From contig CAWHVO010000002.1 in assembly GCA_963832905.1 (NCBI GenBank), positions 506,547 to 570,546 on the forward strand: 64,000 nucleotides of DNA, given 5' to 3'. The notes beneath the pieces were generated by a model, which saw only the letters and a program-made list of their open reading frames with translations, had not been told where the DNA came from and ran no database searches. Below, in pieces: positions 9,031-18,680 of the stretch; within the stretch, counting starts at the first letter, position 1; the number at the start of each line of letters is the position of its first letter. This stretch comes from Terriglobia bacterium. GTDB lineage: Bacteria > Acidobacteriota > Terriglobia > Bryobacterales > Bryobacteraceae. Both the position numbers and the translations under genes were made by a program.

Positions 9031-9999
9031 TCAGATCGACCCGAGCAATCTTCGAGCCTCTATCGATATTTCAGGCCGCTTTCTGTAGATCGCCTTCCAG
9101 GCAGTTGGATTATCTTTTTGCTTCGCGTCGTCGTGAATCATTCGCACTCCGAAACTCGCGTGCTTTGGCTTTACTCCAGCCCGGAGGAAGAGTTGCCTTG
9201 TTGCTTCACGCGTGAACGCGCCTTTCATGGGGGATAAGAAGTCGTGCCGCTTGACGCTAGGAAGAATCTGGAGGAATGCGGCCTCATCAATCGGCTTATG
9301 GTGCGGCTCACCCAGCGAAAACATCGGAGCTATTTGCTCCTCTCGCCCCAGCGGCTCTATCTGCTGCTGCGCCTTGGTAAGCGGATCGAGGCGGCCGCGC
9401 GTATTGTACAGCCCGTCCTTTTCGTGCAGCCGCCAACTGCGGAGGGTCTGCTCGCGGGTAACTGCCGCCGGCATCTGATCGCCTGGTACATTCCATTTTC
9501 CTTCCCACAACGCTTGCATGAAATCACTCTGCTCCGGTCGAAGCGATTTAGGAAGGTCATCCATTTGTGGGTAGATCATGCGCCGGTACCCAGCCAAACT
9601 CGCGGGGTCTGCATGTAAGGCCATGTAGGCGTGCGCGTGCGTAAGGCGGTCGAGCAAACGTGGCTGCGACATGAGAGCGGGGTTGTCGGCGTTGATAGCC
9701 ATGGTTATTGCGTCCCGGACCTCCCGGAACACATTGACGGCATTCGCCTCGATGTCGTCGCACTCTCTCGGGGATTTTGCGCCCGTTTTCTCCAGCCAGC
9801 GGCGGTACCCTGGCCACTCATCCACAGCGACTGAAAGATACACGAACAGATTCGCGATGATCTCGTTGTCATCGCTGCTCTCCGGTGACGGGAAGTAATG
9901 AAAGCCGGCTTCCGGCAGGTGGTTCCCGCGGGCGGCGTCGGGTTTTCGGGCAGATGCGCGCGGCTGTCTGGCACTGTTAATTTGCTTTCCTGAACTCAT
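9031..9999 (-). CDS. hypothetical protein
   Basis: 322-aa ORF with balanced composition. No domain recognised. Confidence 0.6.
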   Translation of the reverse strand: MSSGKQINSARQPRASARKPDAARGNHLPEAGFHYFPSPESSDDNEIIANLFVYLSVAVDEWPGYRRWLEKTGAKSPRECDDIEANAVNVFREVRDAITMAINADNPALMSQPRLLDRLTHAHAYMALHADPASLAGYRRMIYPQMDDLPKSLRPEQSDFMQALWEGKWNVPGDQMPAAVTREQTLRSWRLHEKDGLYNTRGRLDPLTKAQQQIEPLGREEQIAPMFSLGEPHHKPIDEAAFLQILPSVKRHDFLSPMKGAFTREATRQLFLRAGVKPKHASFGVRMIHDDAKQKDNPTAWKAIYRKRPEISIEARRLLGSI

Positions 10000-10143
10000 A
10001 CCAATCCGTACCCGCCAGCGTCGTCACGGCCAGTGCCTCAGCCAACGCAAGCGATTTACTCAAAACATATCATGACCGCGATGTTCTCGGAACGATGTCG
10101 CCCGGTTTGCGGAAATCGCAGATTACTTGGTGAACGGGCGCTG

Positions 10144-10178
10144 CCGGGATTTGAATGCGGAACCCCGGCCTGCAGCCA
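10144..10178. repeat. 35-bp direct repeat, copy A (hairpin CCGGG(A/G)-N13-CCCCGG plus CCTGCAGCCA)
   Basis: ccgggatttgaatgcggaaccccggcctgcagcca matches 14218-14252 at 34 of 35 positions. Confidence 0.8.
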
Positions 10179-10455
10179 GCGGCAACGCGCGGTAAGTGTT
10201 TGATTCCACGCCGTGGTCCCAGGCCCGTCTGGCAACCAGAGGCAACGCCAACCGCTGCCGGCGGCTGCACGTTGGCTGCGTGGAGCGGCTCGGTCACGAG
10301 ACCAGGACAGCGGCGGACGCAACGGCAACCGGGGCGCGTCGAGAGGCCCGGCGAAAACCCGCTAGCACCTTGAAAGCTCGTTCCTGTAGCTCAGAAACGA
10401 ATTTCAGCTTTAAAGGCAGGACGAAATTACTAATGTTTCCCAGGAGGTCGGAAAC

Positions 10456-10656
10456 GTGACCGGTGATGAACTTGAACGAGACGATTACGAGCTGAGGGAA
10501 GCAGCGCTGGCGCGCAAAGCGGAATACGAAGGTTGGAAATGTAGACTCTGCGGGGAAGCCCCCCTGTTGGGCGAAGTAGAGATTTACCTCGATTCCGAAG
10601 AAGGACTCTGCGCGGATTGTCAGAGTGCGTATGAGCGATTTATGAAAGAACACTGA
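10456..10656 (+). CDS. small zinc-ribbon-like protein
   Basis: 66 aa, GTG start after AGGAGG. Two CxxC pairs (CRLC...CADC). Confidence 0.45.
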   Translation: MTGDELERDDYELREAALARKAEYEGWKCRLCGEAPLLGEVEIYLDSEEGLCADCQSAYERFMKEH

Positions 10657-10939
10657 ACACCAGACGTATCCCGCTGAGTTCAGGCGCGGGCCTGGGCTCA
10701 ACGTGAGTCTTCCGTTGATACATGCACGGGCACCCGTGCAGGATTCAAGTGCACTTTTGAGCGGGTTCACCGGGTGCTTGCCAAGCAGGCGGCTTGACGA
10801 ATGCAAAGTCTCGGGAGTTGAGTGTACACCTCGGCTTGGGGTCGGGCGAGCCGAGGGCAAGCCATTGATTTCACTGATCATTTACGGTGGGTGCACTCGA
10901 AGAGAGTGACAATCTAACATCCAAGGGAGGGCCCTCGGT

Positions 10940-11551
10940 TCACGTTCGCGGTATTGTGAGTTCCGCATAATCGGTAGCGAGCACGACCAATTGCTTGAAT
11001 ACGCGAGCCTCGAAGAGGGACTTGGCACCTGCCGACCTCATAATTAGCGGTGAGGCGGTCTTGATATGGCGGTAAATCTTGTTCATGTGTCTGAGTTCCG
11101 GGTTGTGCCTGCTCTTCACGAGAGCATTGCTCAATTCGCGGAAAACTCCTCTCACCGTCCCATCGTGAATCAGCGGATCTGTTCCGTCTAGGTCACTTAG
11201 CGATTTCGGCAGCCGGCGCCTCACAGACTCAAACACAACCCAAGTGTGACGTGGCTTCCTCGTCTTCTGCCACCCCAGAAGCAGCCCCAGTTCAAAAGGC
11301 ATATTGAATCGGGGCGTGCGTGGGGCATTGAGATCGAGCTGAACGCGCGATAGATCGTGAAACGAATACTTGCAGCCGGTCATCAGGTTGAAAATGCGAT
11401 CCAAACGCCGTTCCCCCGTTGCGATCTCGAGGGTCGCCCTAGGTTCTAAACCGAAGGCACACAGCCCCCCAATGAATGCAAAGTAGAGGTTCGCGTACTT
11501 ATCGTCGTATGGAATGTTCAGGAAGGCGCTGTCGCGGAAGGAGCCCCGCAT
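10940..11551 (-). CDS. hypothetical protein (operonic with the HU-like gene)
   Basis: 203 aa, 7 nt downstream of the HU-like stop. FLNIPYDDKY...YSFHDLSRV...PRFNMPFELG. I cannot name the family. Confidence 0.65.
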   Translation of the reverse strand: MRGSFRDSAFLNIPYDDKYANLYFAFIGGLCAFGLEPRATLEIATGERRLDRIFNLMTGCKYSFHDLSRVQLDLNAPRTPRFNMPFELGLLLGWQKTRKPRHTWVVFESVRRRLPKSLSDLDGTDPLIHDGTVRGVFRELSNALVKSRHNPELRHMNKIYRHIKTASPLIMRSAGAKSLFEARVFKQLVVLATDYAELTIPRT

Positions 11552-11558
11552 CTCTGGT

Positions 11559-11891
11559 TTACTTTTTCTTTGGAGGCTCCATCGCCTTCTTTGCGGCCTT
11601 GGCGATTCTAGGCGTCAACGCGTACTTCGGGTCCTTGGCGACGCGAAACGCGACCGTTTTCTTCGCCGGTACCTTGATCGATTCTCCGGTCGAAGGGTTG
11701 CGACCTAGACGCGCCTTCCGATCTACGCGAACCAGCCTTCCGACTCCTGGCAACACGAAAACCCCTGTCCTCAGCGACCGCTCGGCCAATAAGGATAGAT
11801 TCCTCGCAACTTTTTTGGAAACGCCGAGGCTCTTGGCTGTCTTCTCAGCGGACGGAAACCCTGCGGCAATTTTGACTGGAGCACGCATCAC
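11559..11891 (-). CDS. HU/IHF-family DNA-binding protein with Lys-rich tail
   Basis: LPGVGRLVRVDRKARLGRNPSTGESIKVPAKKTVAFRVAK matches the HU beta-arm signature (R-x-G-R-N-P-x-T-G). The C-terminus is AKAAKKAMEPPKKK. Confidence 0.85.
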   Translation of the reverse strand: MMRAPVKIAAGFPSAEKTAKSLGVSKKVARNLSLLAERSLRTGVFVLPGVGRLVRVDRKARLGRNPSTGESIKVPAKKTVAFRVAKDPKYALTPRIAKAAKKAMEPPKKK

Positions 11892-12008
11892 GCTGACTCA
11901 GAATAACATAGATGCCACGGATTCCCGCCCCTGCGGCAGGCGGCGCGGTCCGCTGGATTGCCTCACCACCGCGACATCATGCAACATTTGCCCCGTTTAT
12001 CCCTTGAT

Positions 12009-12386
12009 TCAACCTTCTGCTAGGGACTCGACGCAATAGACCACTTGTATCCCAGCCCTATTGAGGCGGGATTCGCACGACATGCTGTCGTCAATATTCT
12101 GAAATCTGCCCCACCGACTGAAGTCATATACGAGAACAACGCTGAAGTCCGCATTCCCCGATTCGGCAATTTGTAGCAGCTCCTTTAGGCCATCGCGATC
12201 GGCAAGGCTCAGACCGCTTTTGCCGCGATCCGCATATGTCCTCACGATCTCGATTGAATGGAAGCTAGCGTACTCCTGAATGACGGCAGACTGATTTTCG
12301 GTCGAGAAATGTTGATGTACGGTCGCCGTCCGTATGTATTGGGCTGCTTTCTTCAATCTGTTTTCCGTACCTCTCTTCATTTCCAT
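12009..12386 (-). pseudogene. serine recombinase, N-terminal catalytic-domain fragment
   Basis: 125 aa, paralogous to the N-terminus of 13154..14143 (YIRTATVHQHFSTENQ vs YVRMLTEHQQYSTENQ; VLVYDFSRWGRFQ vs ILVYDVSRWGRFQ). It stops where the paralog continues. Confidence 0.7.
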
Positions 12387-12610
12387 GGTGCAGCGCTGCT
12401 ACGGCGACTCGGTCAGAGGGTTGGCGGCCGCCATGATCGGTCCTTTCCGGGAACGAAATCGAAACAGATCAGCCAATTTTTTCCGTGAGCGCGAATAGTG
12501 TATTCCGACGAGCGACGGTTTGCAATACGAATCTCGGGAATCGGGAAGATCTATGCGAGCGAGAAGAAGCATTCTGACGTATGGCAGAAGGTTGAGGCCA
12601 AAGATCGCGC

Positions 12611-13090
12611 ATGCGTTCATGGGAAATGCTGCCGCGCACGTGCCCATACTGTCGTCAGGACTTCACGCCCTCGCGATTTCACCCTGATCAGATCGTCTGC
12701 AGCGCTGATCTCTGCCAGCGCCGCCGCCGCGCGGAGTACCACCAACGAAAAATCAGAGACGACCCTACATATCGGGAGACATGCCGCGACAGCCAACGAC
12801 TATGGCTGGAGCGGAACCCGAAGTACATGCGCGAATACGGGAAAAAGCGACGAAACGGGAGAATGCGGTTGGTCGAGCGGTTGTTTGACCTCGCAAAGAA
12901 CAACCCAGCGCTAGAAATAAGACGTTGCTCCGGTGAGGCTTGGGTTGCCGTCCCGGCGGCCGCGTCCGCAAAGAACACCTTTGCCTCGGCGGAAATGATC
13001 CTTTTTGAGTTAATTGCGCAAGCGATTCCGCACGGCACGCGCGAAAAGAACAACCTTTTGGCGGTTCCGGCCGAAAAACCTTATAAATAA
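12611..13090 (+). CDS. hypothetical zinc-ribbon protein
   Basis: 159 aa. CPYC...C..DLC cysteine cluster followed by a basic region. Confidence 0.5.
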   Translation: MRSWEMLPRTCPYCRQDFTPSRFHPDQIVCSADLCQRRRRAEYHQRKIRDDPTYRETCRDSQRLWLERNPKYMREYGKKRRNGRMRLVERLFDLAKNNPALEIRRCSGEAWVAVPAAASAKNTFASAEMILFELIAQAIPHGTREKNNLLAVPAEKPYK

Positions 13091-13153
13091 GGTTCAGCGC
13101 TGGCGCGGCGGCACTGGCGCAGGCGGTGCCAACGTTGTTCCGTCGTTAGAAAA

Positions 13154-14143
13154 GTGGCTACCTCGGAGGCACGCACGTCTGAAGTCCCCGCGGCGTCTGC
13201 CGTGCGCGCCGCGGAATACGTCCGCATGTTGACCGAGCATCAACAGTACTCCACCGAAAACCAAAGCGACGCGATACGGCGATACGCAGAAACGCATCGC
13301 ATGGAGATCGTGCGGACATACTCGGACGCCGGCAAGAGCGGCCTCAATATCAGAGGTCGAGATGCGCTTCTGCAACTGATCGAAGACGTGCAGGCGGCCC
13401 GCGCCGATTTTCAGGCGATTCTTGTGTATGACGTAAGTCGGTGGGGGCGCTTTCAGGACGCCGATGAGAGCGCGTATTACGAATACATCTGCAAGCGGGC
13501 GAACATCGCCGTACACTACTGTGCCGAACAGTTCGCCAACGATGGAAGCCTGCCTTCGACGCTCCTCAAAACCATCAAGCGGACGATGGCTGGGGAATAC
13601 AGCCGGGAACTTTCCGTCAAGGTTTTTGCTGGCCAGTGCCGCCTGATCGAACTCGGATTCACCACAGCGACATTTCACGTATTGCGCAAGATGAAGCCTG
13701 TTCGTCAGGTTGAGGCGGCGGAACTGATGTTGGCCGCCCACAACTACTCGGTTCGTTACGCCAAATTGCTTCTTGCCGGCACTGCCGCGAACATGCTTCT
13801 AGAACCAGAGAAACATCGTCCCACGCCGGGACTCTCGGCCGACCAGCAACGCACGATCGAACGCGAGATGGATGCCGTTTTAAGGGACCTGAAAACCGTG
13901 GAAGCGAACTATGGCGAGGACGTGGTGACACTGACGGTTTCGTGCCGGTACATCGCGCATCTCCTCACAAACTCCCGTGTTAACCGGTACCTGACGAAGA
14001 ATCACGCCGATCTGCTGGCTGAGATTCGGAGTCTGCTGGCTGCGATCGATCTGGAAAAATCGCCCCCGCCATCGGGGCCGGTGACTGCGGCATTGGTGAC
14101 AGCGCGGCAAAGCCAGCCGAACTCGCGCAGCGTCCACACGTGA
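13154..14143 (+). CDS. chimeric ORF: serine-recombinase catalytic domain fused to a RepB/ParB-type partition protein C-terminal fragment
   Basis: Residues 1 to about 170 are resolvase-like. From about 13660 onward, LRKMKPVRQVEAAELMLAAHNYSVRYAKLLLAG...VVTLTVSCRYIAHLLTNSRVNRYLTKNHADLLAEI resembles the plasmid RepB partition C-terminal domain. Confidence 0.6.
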   Translation: MATSEARTSEVPAASAVRAAEYVRMLTEHQQYSTENQSDAIRRYAETHRMEIVRTYSDAGKSGLNIRGRDALLQLIEDVQAARADFQAILVYDVSRWGRFQDADESAYYEYICKRANIAVHYCAEQFANDGSLPSTLLKTIKRTMAGEYSRELSVKVFAGQCRLIELGFTTATFHVLRKMKPVRQVEAAELMLAAHNYSVRYAKLLLAGTAANMLLEPEKHRPTPGLSADQQRTIEREMDAVLRDLKTVEANYGEDVVTLTVSCRYIAHLLTNSRVNRYLTKNHADLLAEIRSLLAAIDLEKSPPPSGPVTAALVTARQSQPNSRSVHT

Positions 14144-14217
14144 ATTTGCATGTTTCAACTGTACATTTGAGCGAGTCCACGGGGCGCTTTCACGCCAAGC
14201 GGCATGATATTAAGCCA

Positions 14218-14252
14218 CCGGGGTTTGAATGCGGAACCCCGGCCTGCAGCCA
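14218..14252. repeat. 35-bp direct repeat, copy B
   Basis: ccggggtttgaatgcggaaccccggcctgcagcca. This is the partner of 10144-10178. Confidence 0.8.
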
Positions 14253-14297
14253 CCCGCGCCAGCCCGACTCACGTCGTAGCGGATTCCGATCCGAGCT

Positions 14298-14540
14298 TCA
14301 GCATGCAGAGCGATTGCCGACGGCTGGCCGCCGCCCCCTCGCGCCCAGTTCGATCGCCTGCACGCCCGATATCTTCCCGGCTTCCACGGTAAATCGCAGC
14401 AGAGTGCGGACAAGGCGCCATCCATTGTGGCCGCAGGCGCCGGGATTCATGTGAACAAGGCCGAGCGCCTGGTCGCGCATGACTTTCAGGATGTGGGAGT
14501 GCCCGCAGATGAACAGTTTCGGCAGCACCGGGAAATGCAT
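14298..14540 (-). pseudogene. metallophosphoesterase (YfcE/MJ0936-like), C-terminal fragment
   Basis: LFICGHSHILKV...VHMNPGACG carries the GH(S/T)H motif that normally sits mid-protein. About 90 N-terminal residues are missing, and an unrelated gene starts at 14557. Confidence 0.6.
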
Positions 14541-14583
14541 CTAAAATGACTAGCAGGTGCCAATCCCGCCAAGGCGTTTGAAA

Positions 14584-15108
14584 ATGACCGGCAGACTGCA
14601 GCGAACCATCATGATCTCTTGTACCAATCCAGCTCTTCGCTCAGTCGTATACCTCCTTTTCATCGCATGCTGTTGCTGCCTAAGCGGCGCCGGCGCGATC
14701 AACAGCCCGGTCGCCGACGCCGCCATGAAGGGCGATACAGCCGCCTTGCGGATGCTCCTCCGGAAGAAAGTGGATATCAACGCTGTCCAGGCCGACGGGA
14801 CGACGGCCATCCAGTGGGCCGCCTATCGCAACGATCTCGAAATGGCGAACATTCTGATCGCCGCCGGCGCCAACGTGAATCTCGCCAACCGCGACGGCGC
14901 GACGCCGCTCTGGCTGGCAGCTGAAAATGGCAGCGCGCCGATGATCGGCAAACTCGTCGAAGGCGGCGCTGATCCGAACGGGCGAACCTCGAACGGCGAA
15001 ACCCCTCTTGCTCTTGCGGTTCTCGGTCAGCGCCGTCGAAAGCTGCGGGAGCTTCTGCAAGCTCCCCAGCTCATCGAACACGAACCACACGGGCCGCGCC
15101 GGTCCTGA
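14584..15108 (+). CDS. ankyrin-repeat protein with signal peptide, probably 3'-truncated near 15025
   Basis: Repeats DINAVQADGTTAIQWAAYRNDLEMANILIAAGANVNLANRDGATPLWLAAENG...GETPLALAV. The ankyrin periodicity is lost after about 15025, where the sequence becomes antisense of TraG. Confidence 0.65.
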   Translation: MTGRLQRTIMISCTNPALRSVVYLLFIACCCCLSGAGAINSPVADAAMKGDTAALRMLLRKKVDINAVQADGTTAIQWAAYRNDLEMANILIAAGANVNLANRDGATPLWLAAENGSAPMIGKLVEGGADPNGRTSNGETPLALAVLGQRRRKLRELLQAPQLIEHEPHGPRRS

Positions 15109-16458
15109 CTCCGTATTCATGAGCCTGAGCACCAGCAGATCGAGCCACACACTGAGCAACGGCTGCAGCGGCGCGCGCAGCTCCGGCGTACTCGTCAGAA
15201 AAATCCATCCCGTGCGTTTCGTCGCCCACTCGCGGGCCGTCCACGTTGTGCTGGCCTCCTCTTTCGTCTTCAGCAGCCGCAGCGCGTCGGCCACCAGATT
15301 CAGCGATGCCCGCACGCCTTCCCGCTGCGACGGCGCCGCCTGGCTGATCATCGACGCCATCTCCGTTCCTTCGACCAGACGATTGAGCGCATCGCCGTCG
15401 CACATGGTCTCGACCATCTGCCCGGCGTCCATGCCCGCCCTGAGCATCGCCGCAAAAATCTTGCGTGGCGTCTGCGTGAAGAACGGCGGCTCGTGCGGCT
15501 GATCCGGGAACACGCTCTCGGCGATGGTCCGCGCTTCCGCCTCATGGTCCAGCTCGTCGCCGGGATTCCAGTAAGGCGAACGCGCATCGAGCGGATTGAG
15601 GATGATGTCGCCGCGCTCGGGATTGTAGAAACGCTCGATGTACTCCCGCGCCGGGTCGTACACGATCGCCGTCTGCTGCTGGACCGTGAGCTGCCAGAGT
15701 ATCTGCCGCATCAGCGCGCTCTTGCCCGATCCCGTGTCGCCCATCAGCAGAAAATGCTTCGGCTCGTCCCATTCGGGAATCACGATCATCGGCCCGTACG
15801 GATACTTGATCCAGAGCTTCTCGCGCAGACTGGGCTTTTCGAGAGTTTTGAATCCGATCCCCAGGTTGTATTTGCGCCGCTGGTTGAACTCGTCGCGCGT
15901 CACCATCTCCGCGCCGCGCACGCGGCGGCCGTCCTCGAGAATGCGCCGTGCTTTCTTATCCGCGGGCCAGGCGAAGCACAGCCCGAAGACCATCACGGCG
16001 AAGCCCCACCCCATGCCGGGCTTTAAAAGCTGGCCCAGCGTCTCGCCGTCATAAACCCAGTTGCGCAGGAACTTCACGAAGAGTGCCTGATCGACCGCGA
16101 TCAGCGGATTGGCCAGGCGCACCGCGCCTGCCTGGATCGCGGCATCGGACAGCCGGAACGGAATCACGCCGCGCACCGGATGATCGAGATTTACCGGCAC
16201 GACTTCATCGGGGATCGTCGGATGCCATTTGCCCTTCCGGTCCACCGTGTGCAGCACCAGGTATTTGTGAATCAGTCCGGTGTTCGCCACCACGTAATGC
16301 GCCAGATAGTACTTCTGCATCCCGTCCCATTCGAACTGCCACTCAAACATCCACGCCGCGAACACCGCGACGAAGCCGAAGAAGATCGCCCCGGCGCGCT
16401 TCTGATACGCATGCCGCGGCCATCCCTTCGGACGCGACGACATCAGGATTCCGTCCAT
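15002..16458 (-). pseudogene. type IV secretion coupling protein (TraG/TraD/VirD4 family), C-terminally truncated
   Basis: N-terminal TM segments, Walker A LLMGDTGSGKS, FVFDELGSLQKLPQLSTALTENRKS. Family similarity ends near 15002; the remainder of track ORF 14680..16458 is antisense of the ankyrin gene. Confidence 0.8.
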
Positions 16459-16462
16459 AAAC

Positions 16463-16900
16463 TCACCTTCCGTTTTCTGTCGCGGATGAGTTTTCCTTCA
16501 GACGTTCGAGTGCTTTCTCGACCTTGCCCGCGTCGGCCTTCGCGATCAGCTCCCGCATCCGCTCGGGCGCGATCTCGTGGCCGTTGGCCTGGTCGTAAAT
16601 GATGTTGATGAGAATCGTCCTCAGCGCGAGGACTTCGGATAAAACCGTCTGCTCGGCGAGCGTCGCTTCCGCCGGTTTGCCGCCCGCAGTTTTTGGGAAT
16701 GCGGCGAGCACCAGCTCGCGCACCCACTCGCCCGGCGTCACGCCCTGGGCGGCGGCTAAGGATTCGAGCTGCGCGTATTCTTCGTCGCTGAGTTTGGTTC
16801 CGACCGATCGCGTGCGCCGCGACGACGCAGACGTATTCTGACTGGAACCCTGAGGAGTGGAACCGGAAGAGGAACCCGATGCTGGAACAGGCGAGGCCAT
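16463..16900 (-). CDS. ribbon-helix-helix (MobC-like) mobilisation accessory protein
   Basis: 145 aa, 4 nt upstream of TraG. KLSDEEYAQLESLAAAQGVTPGEWVRELVL is an RHH-type segment. Confidence 0.65.
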   Translation of the reverse strand: MASPVPASGSSSGSTPQGSSQNTSASSRRTRSVGTKLSDEEYAQLESLAAAQGVTPGEWVRELVLAAFPKTAGGKPAEATLAEQTVLSEVLALRTILINIIYDQANGHEIAPERMRELIAKADAGKVEKALERLKENSSATENGR

Positions 16901-16985
16901 CCGCCAACCTTCGTAGCCGAAACTAAACTTCGATTTTACCGCCGTTCGGGAGAACGGTTTTTCAACTGGTTACCCGCCGGTAACC

Positions 16986-18680
16986 GCACGGCTACCCTGC
17001 AGCACCCGCGCCGGGGTGATCGTATGAAAGCGCCGGGTTTAAACGGTGCGTTATACGGTCACAGTTATGAAACCAATCCTGGGCTGCGACGCCCACAAAC
17101 GTTATTCTGTCTTCGTTCGCTTACGCGAGAATGGGAAGTCCGATCCGCCCATCCGCGTCGAACATGATCGCGGGGCCTTCCGCTCCTTTCTCGATTCACT
17201 CGGCGAGTCCAGCGAGATCGCCATCGAATCCACCGGCCATTGGTACTGGCTGGTAGACGAGATTGAAAAAGCGGGCCATCACCCCCACCTGGTCCAGCCC
17301 CAGGCAGCAAAGCGGATGATGGGCAAGACTCATAAGACCGATGCCCTCGACGCCAGAGGCCTGGCGATTCTGTTACGCAACGGTACGCTTCCCGAGGTCT
17401 GGATCCCACCAGGCGAACTTCGCGATCAGCGCGAGATCCTGCGCACCCGTATGGCTCTCCGGGACCTGCGCACCATGCTCAAGCACCGCATCCACTCCGC
17501 TCTGGACCGCTACGGCATCTTCCATGTCGGCATCACGGATCTGTTCGGAACCGCCGGCCGCAACTTTCTGACCGCGGCGTTGCCACAACTGCCCGCTCAC
17601 ACCGCCGACATGCTGCAACAGCAGCTCATGGCCTTCGATGAACTGGGCGTTCGGGTACAGCTGATCGAGGAGAAGATTCGCCAAACCATCGCGCCCCATC
17701 CCATGGTCAAGCGACTGCAGACCGCGCCAGGCATCGGCGAAATCCTCGGTCCGGTAATCGCCCTGGAGATTGGAGACATCGCCCGTTTCCCCCGTGCCGA
17801 ACAACTGGCCGGTTACTGCGGGCTGGTCCCGCGCGTGTTCTCGTCCGGCGGCAAGACTCATCATTCCGGCTGCTCCCGATTCGTCAATCTCTACCTGAAG
17901 TGGGCCTTCGTGGAAGCCGCCGTTTGCGCCACTCACTTGCGCGGACCCCGATACCGTCATGTGCGCGATCTCTACACCCGCCTGCAACCGTCCAAGGGTC
18001 ATGGCCGCGCCGCTGTTGCCGTGGCGCGCCATCTCGCCGAGGCCGCCTTCTGGATGCTCACCAAACAACAGGACTACCGGCCTCCTCAACGACCTTGCTC
18101 TTCGTCCCCCGCGAGCGAACGAGCAGCACAGCCTTCCTGTTACCGGAAGGCATCGCGGCCTTCGTCCACCAACGGGTCAGCGCGAGACACGTCTGGCTGC
18201 TGAGAGCTTTCGCTCTCTTCCCCCCGCGGTACTCCACGCGGTGTGGGAACAAGCCTCGGGGTGAATGCGAAACCCGCGACGAAGATGCTCCTGCCGCACG
18301 ACGGCGAATATATGGCTTCTGACGAAATCGTCAGGTCGAGCGTTTGGACGAATTCTTTTTCCGACAGGAGGTGCAGCCGCAAACGGCAGTGCCGGGGTTT
18401 CACCCCGGACCCCAGGATTTTTCGCTTTCGCGCCGTGATGCTCATCCGGCAGACCGGGCCGTTGATCGGGCCCGGCCCATCACGGCCTCCGGCTCAGCGC
18501 TCAGGGTGCGTCCCCGCAGAGCCTTATCCTCTGGCCGGCTCAGGAAAAGTGTATCTCTTCATGCTCACGCTTCGTGACTCGCGTTCACAAAAGAACAAAA
18601 ATTTCGCCTTGACAGAGGCAGGCGCTTTCATACATGACGTGTCACCCCTTCACCCGATGCGTCAGCATCGTTTTCGGGTA
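16986..18680 (+). mobile_element. IS110-family insertion sequence (boundaries approximate)
   Basis: Single DEDD-type transposase. No terminal inverted repeats. A 12-bp direct repeat, CCGCCGGTAACC, is seen at 16974-16985 and 18682-18693, and the left copy is part of the perfect palindrome GGTTACC-CGCC-GGTAACC. There is a 477-nt non-coding 3' end. Confidence 0.5.
17067..18203 (+). CDS. IS110-family transposase
   Basis: ILGCDAHKRYSV...IESTGHWYW (DEDD N-domain). LQTAPGIGEILGPVIALEIGDIARFPRAEQLAGYCGLVPRVFSSGGK (Transposase_20 HhH domain). Confidence 0.92.
   Translation: MKPILGCDAHKRYSVFVRLRENGKSDPPIRVEHDRGAFRSFLDSLGESSEIAIESTGHWYWLVDEIEKAGHHPHLVQPQAAKRMMGKTHKTDALDARGLAILLRNGTLPEVWIPPGELRDQREILRTRMALRDLRTMLKHRIHSALDRYGIFHVGITDLFGTAGRNFLTAALPQLPAHTADMLQQQLMAFDELGVRVQLIEEKIRQTIAPHPMVKRLQTAPGIGEILGPVIALEIGDIARFPRAEQLAGYCGLVPRVFSSGGKTHHSGCSRFVNLYLKWAFVEAAVCATHLRGPRYRHVRDLYTRLQPSKGHGRAAVAVARHLAEAAFWMLTKQQDYRPPQRPCSSSPASERAAQPSCYRKASRPSSTNGSARDTSGC

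Noticed and set aside
14680-15001. C-terminal 106 codons of the 592-aa TraG ORF
   Set aside because: There is no coupling-protein similarity after ...LTENRKSKRG. This part is the antisense of the ankyrin repeats.
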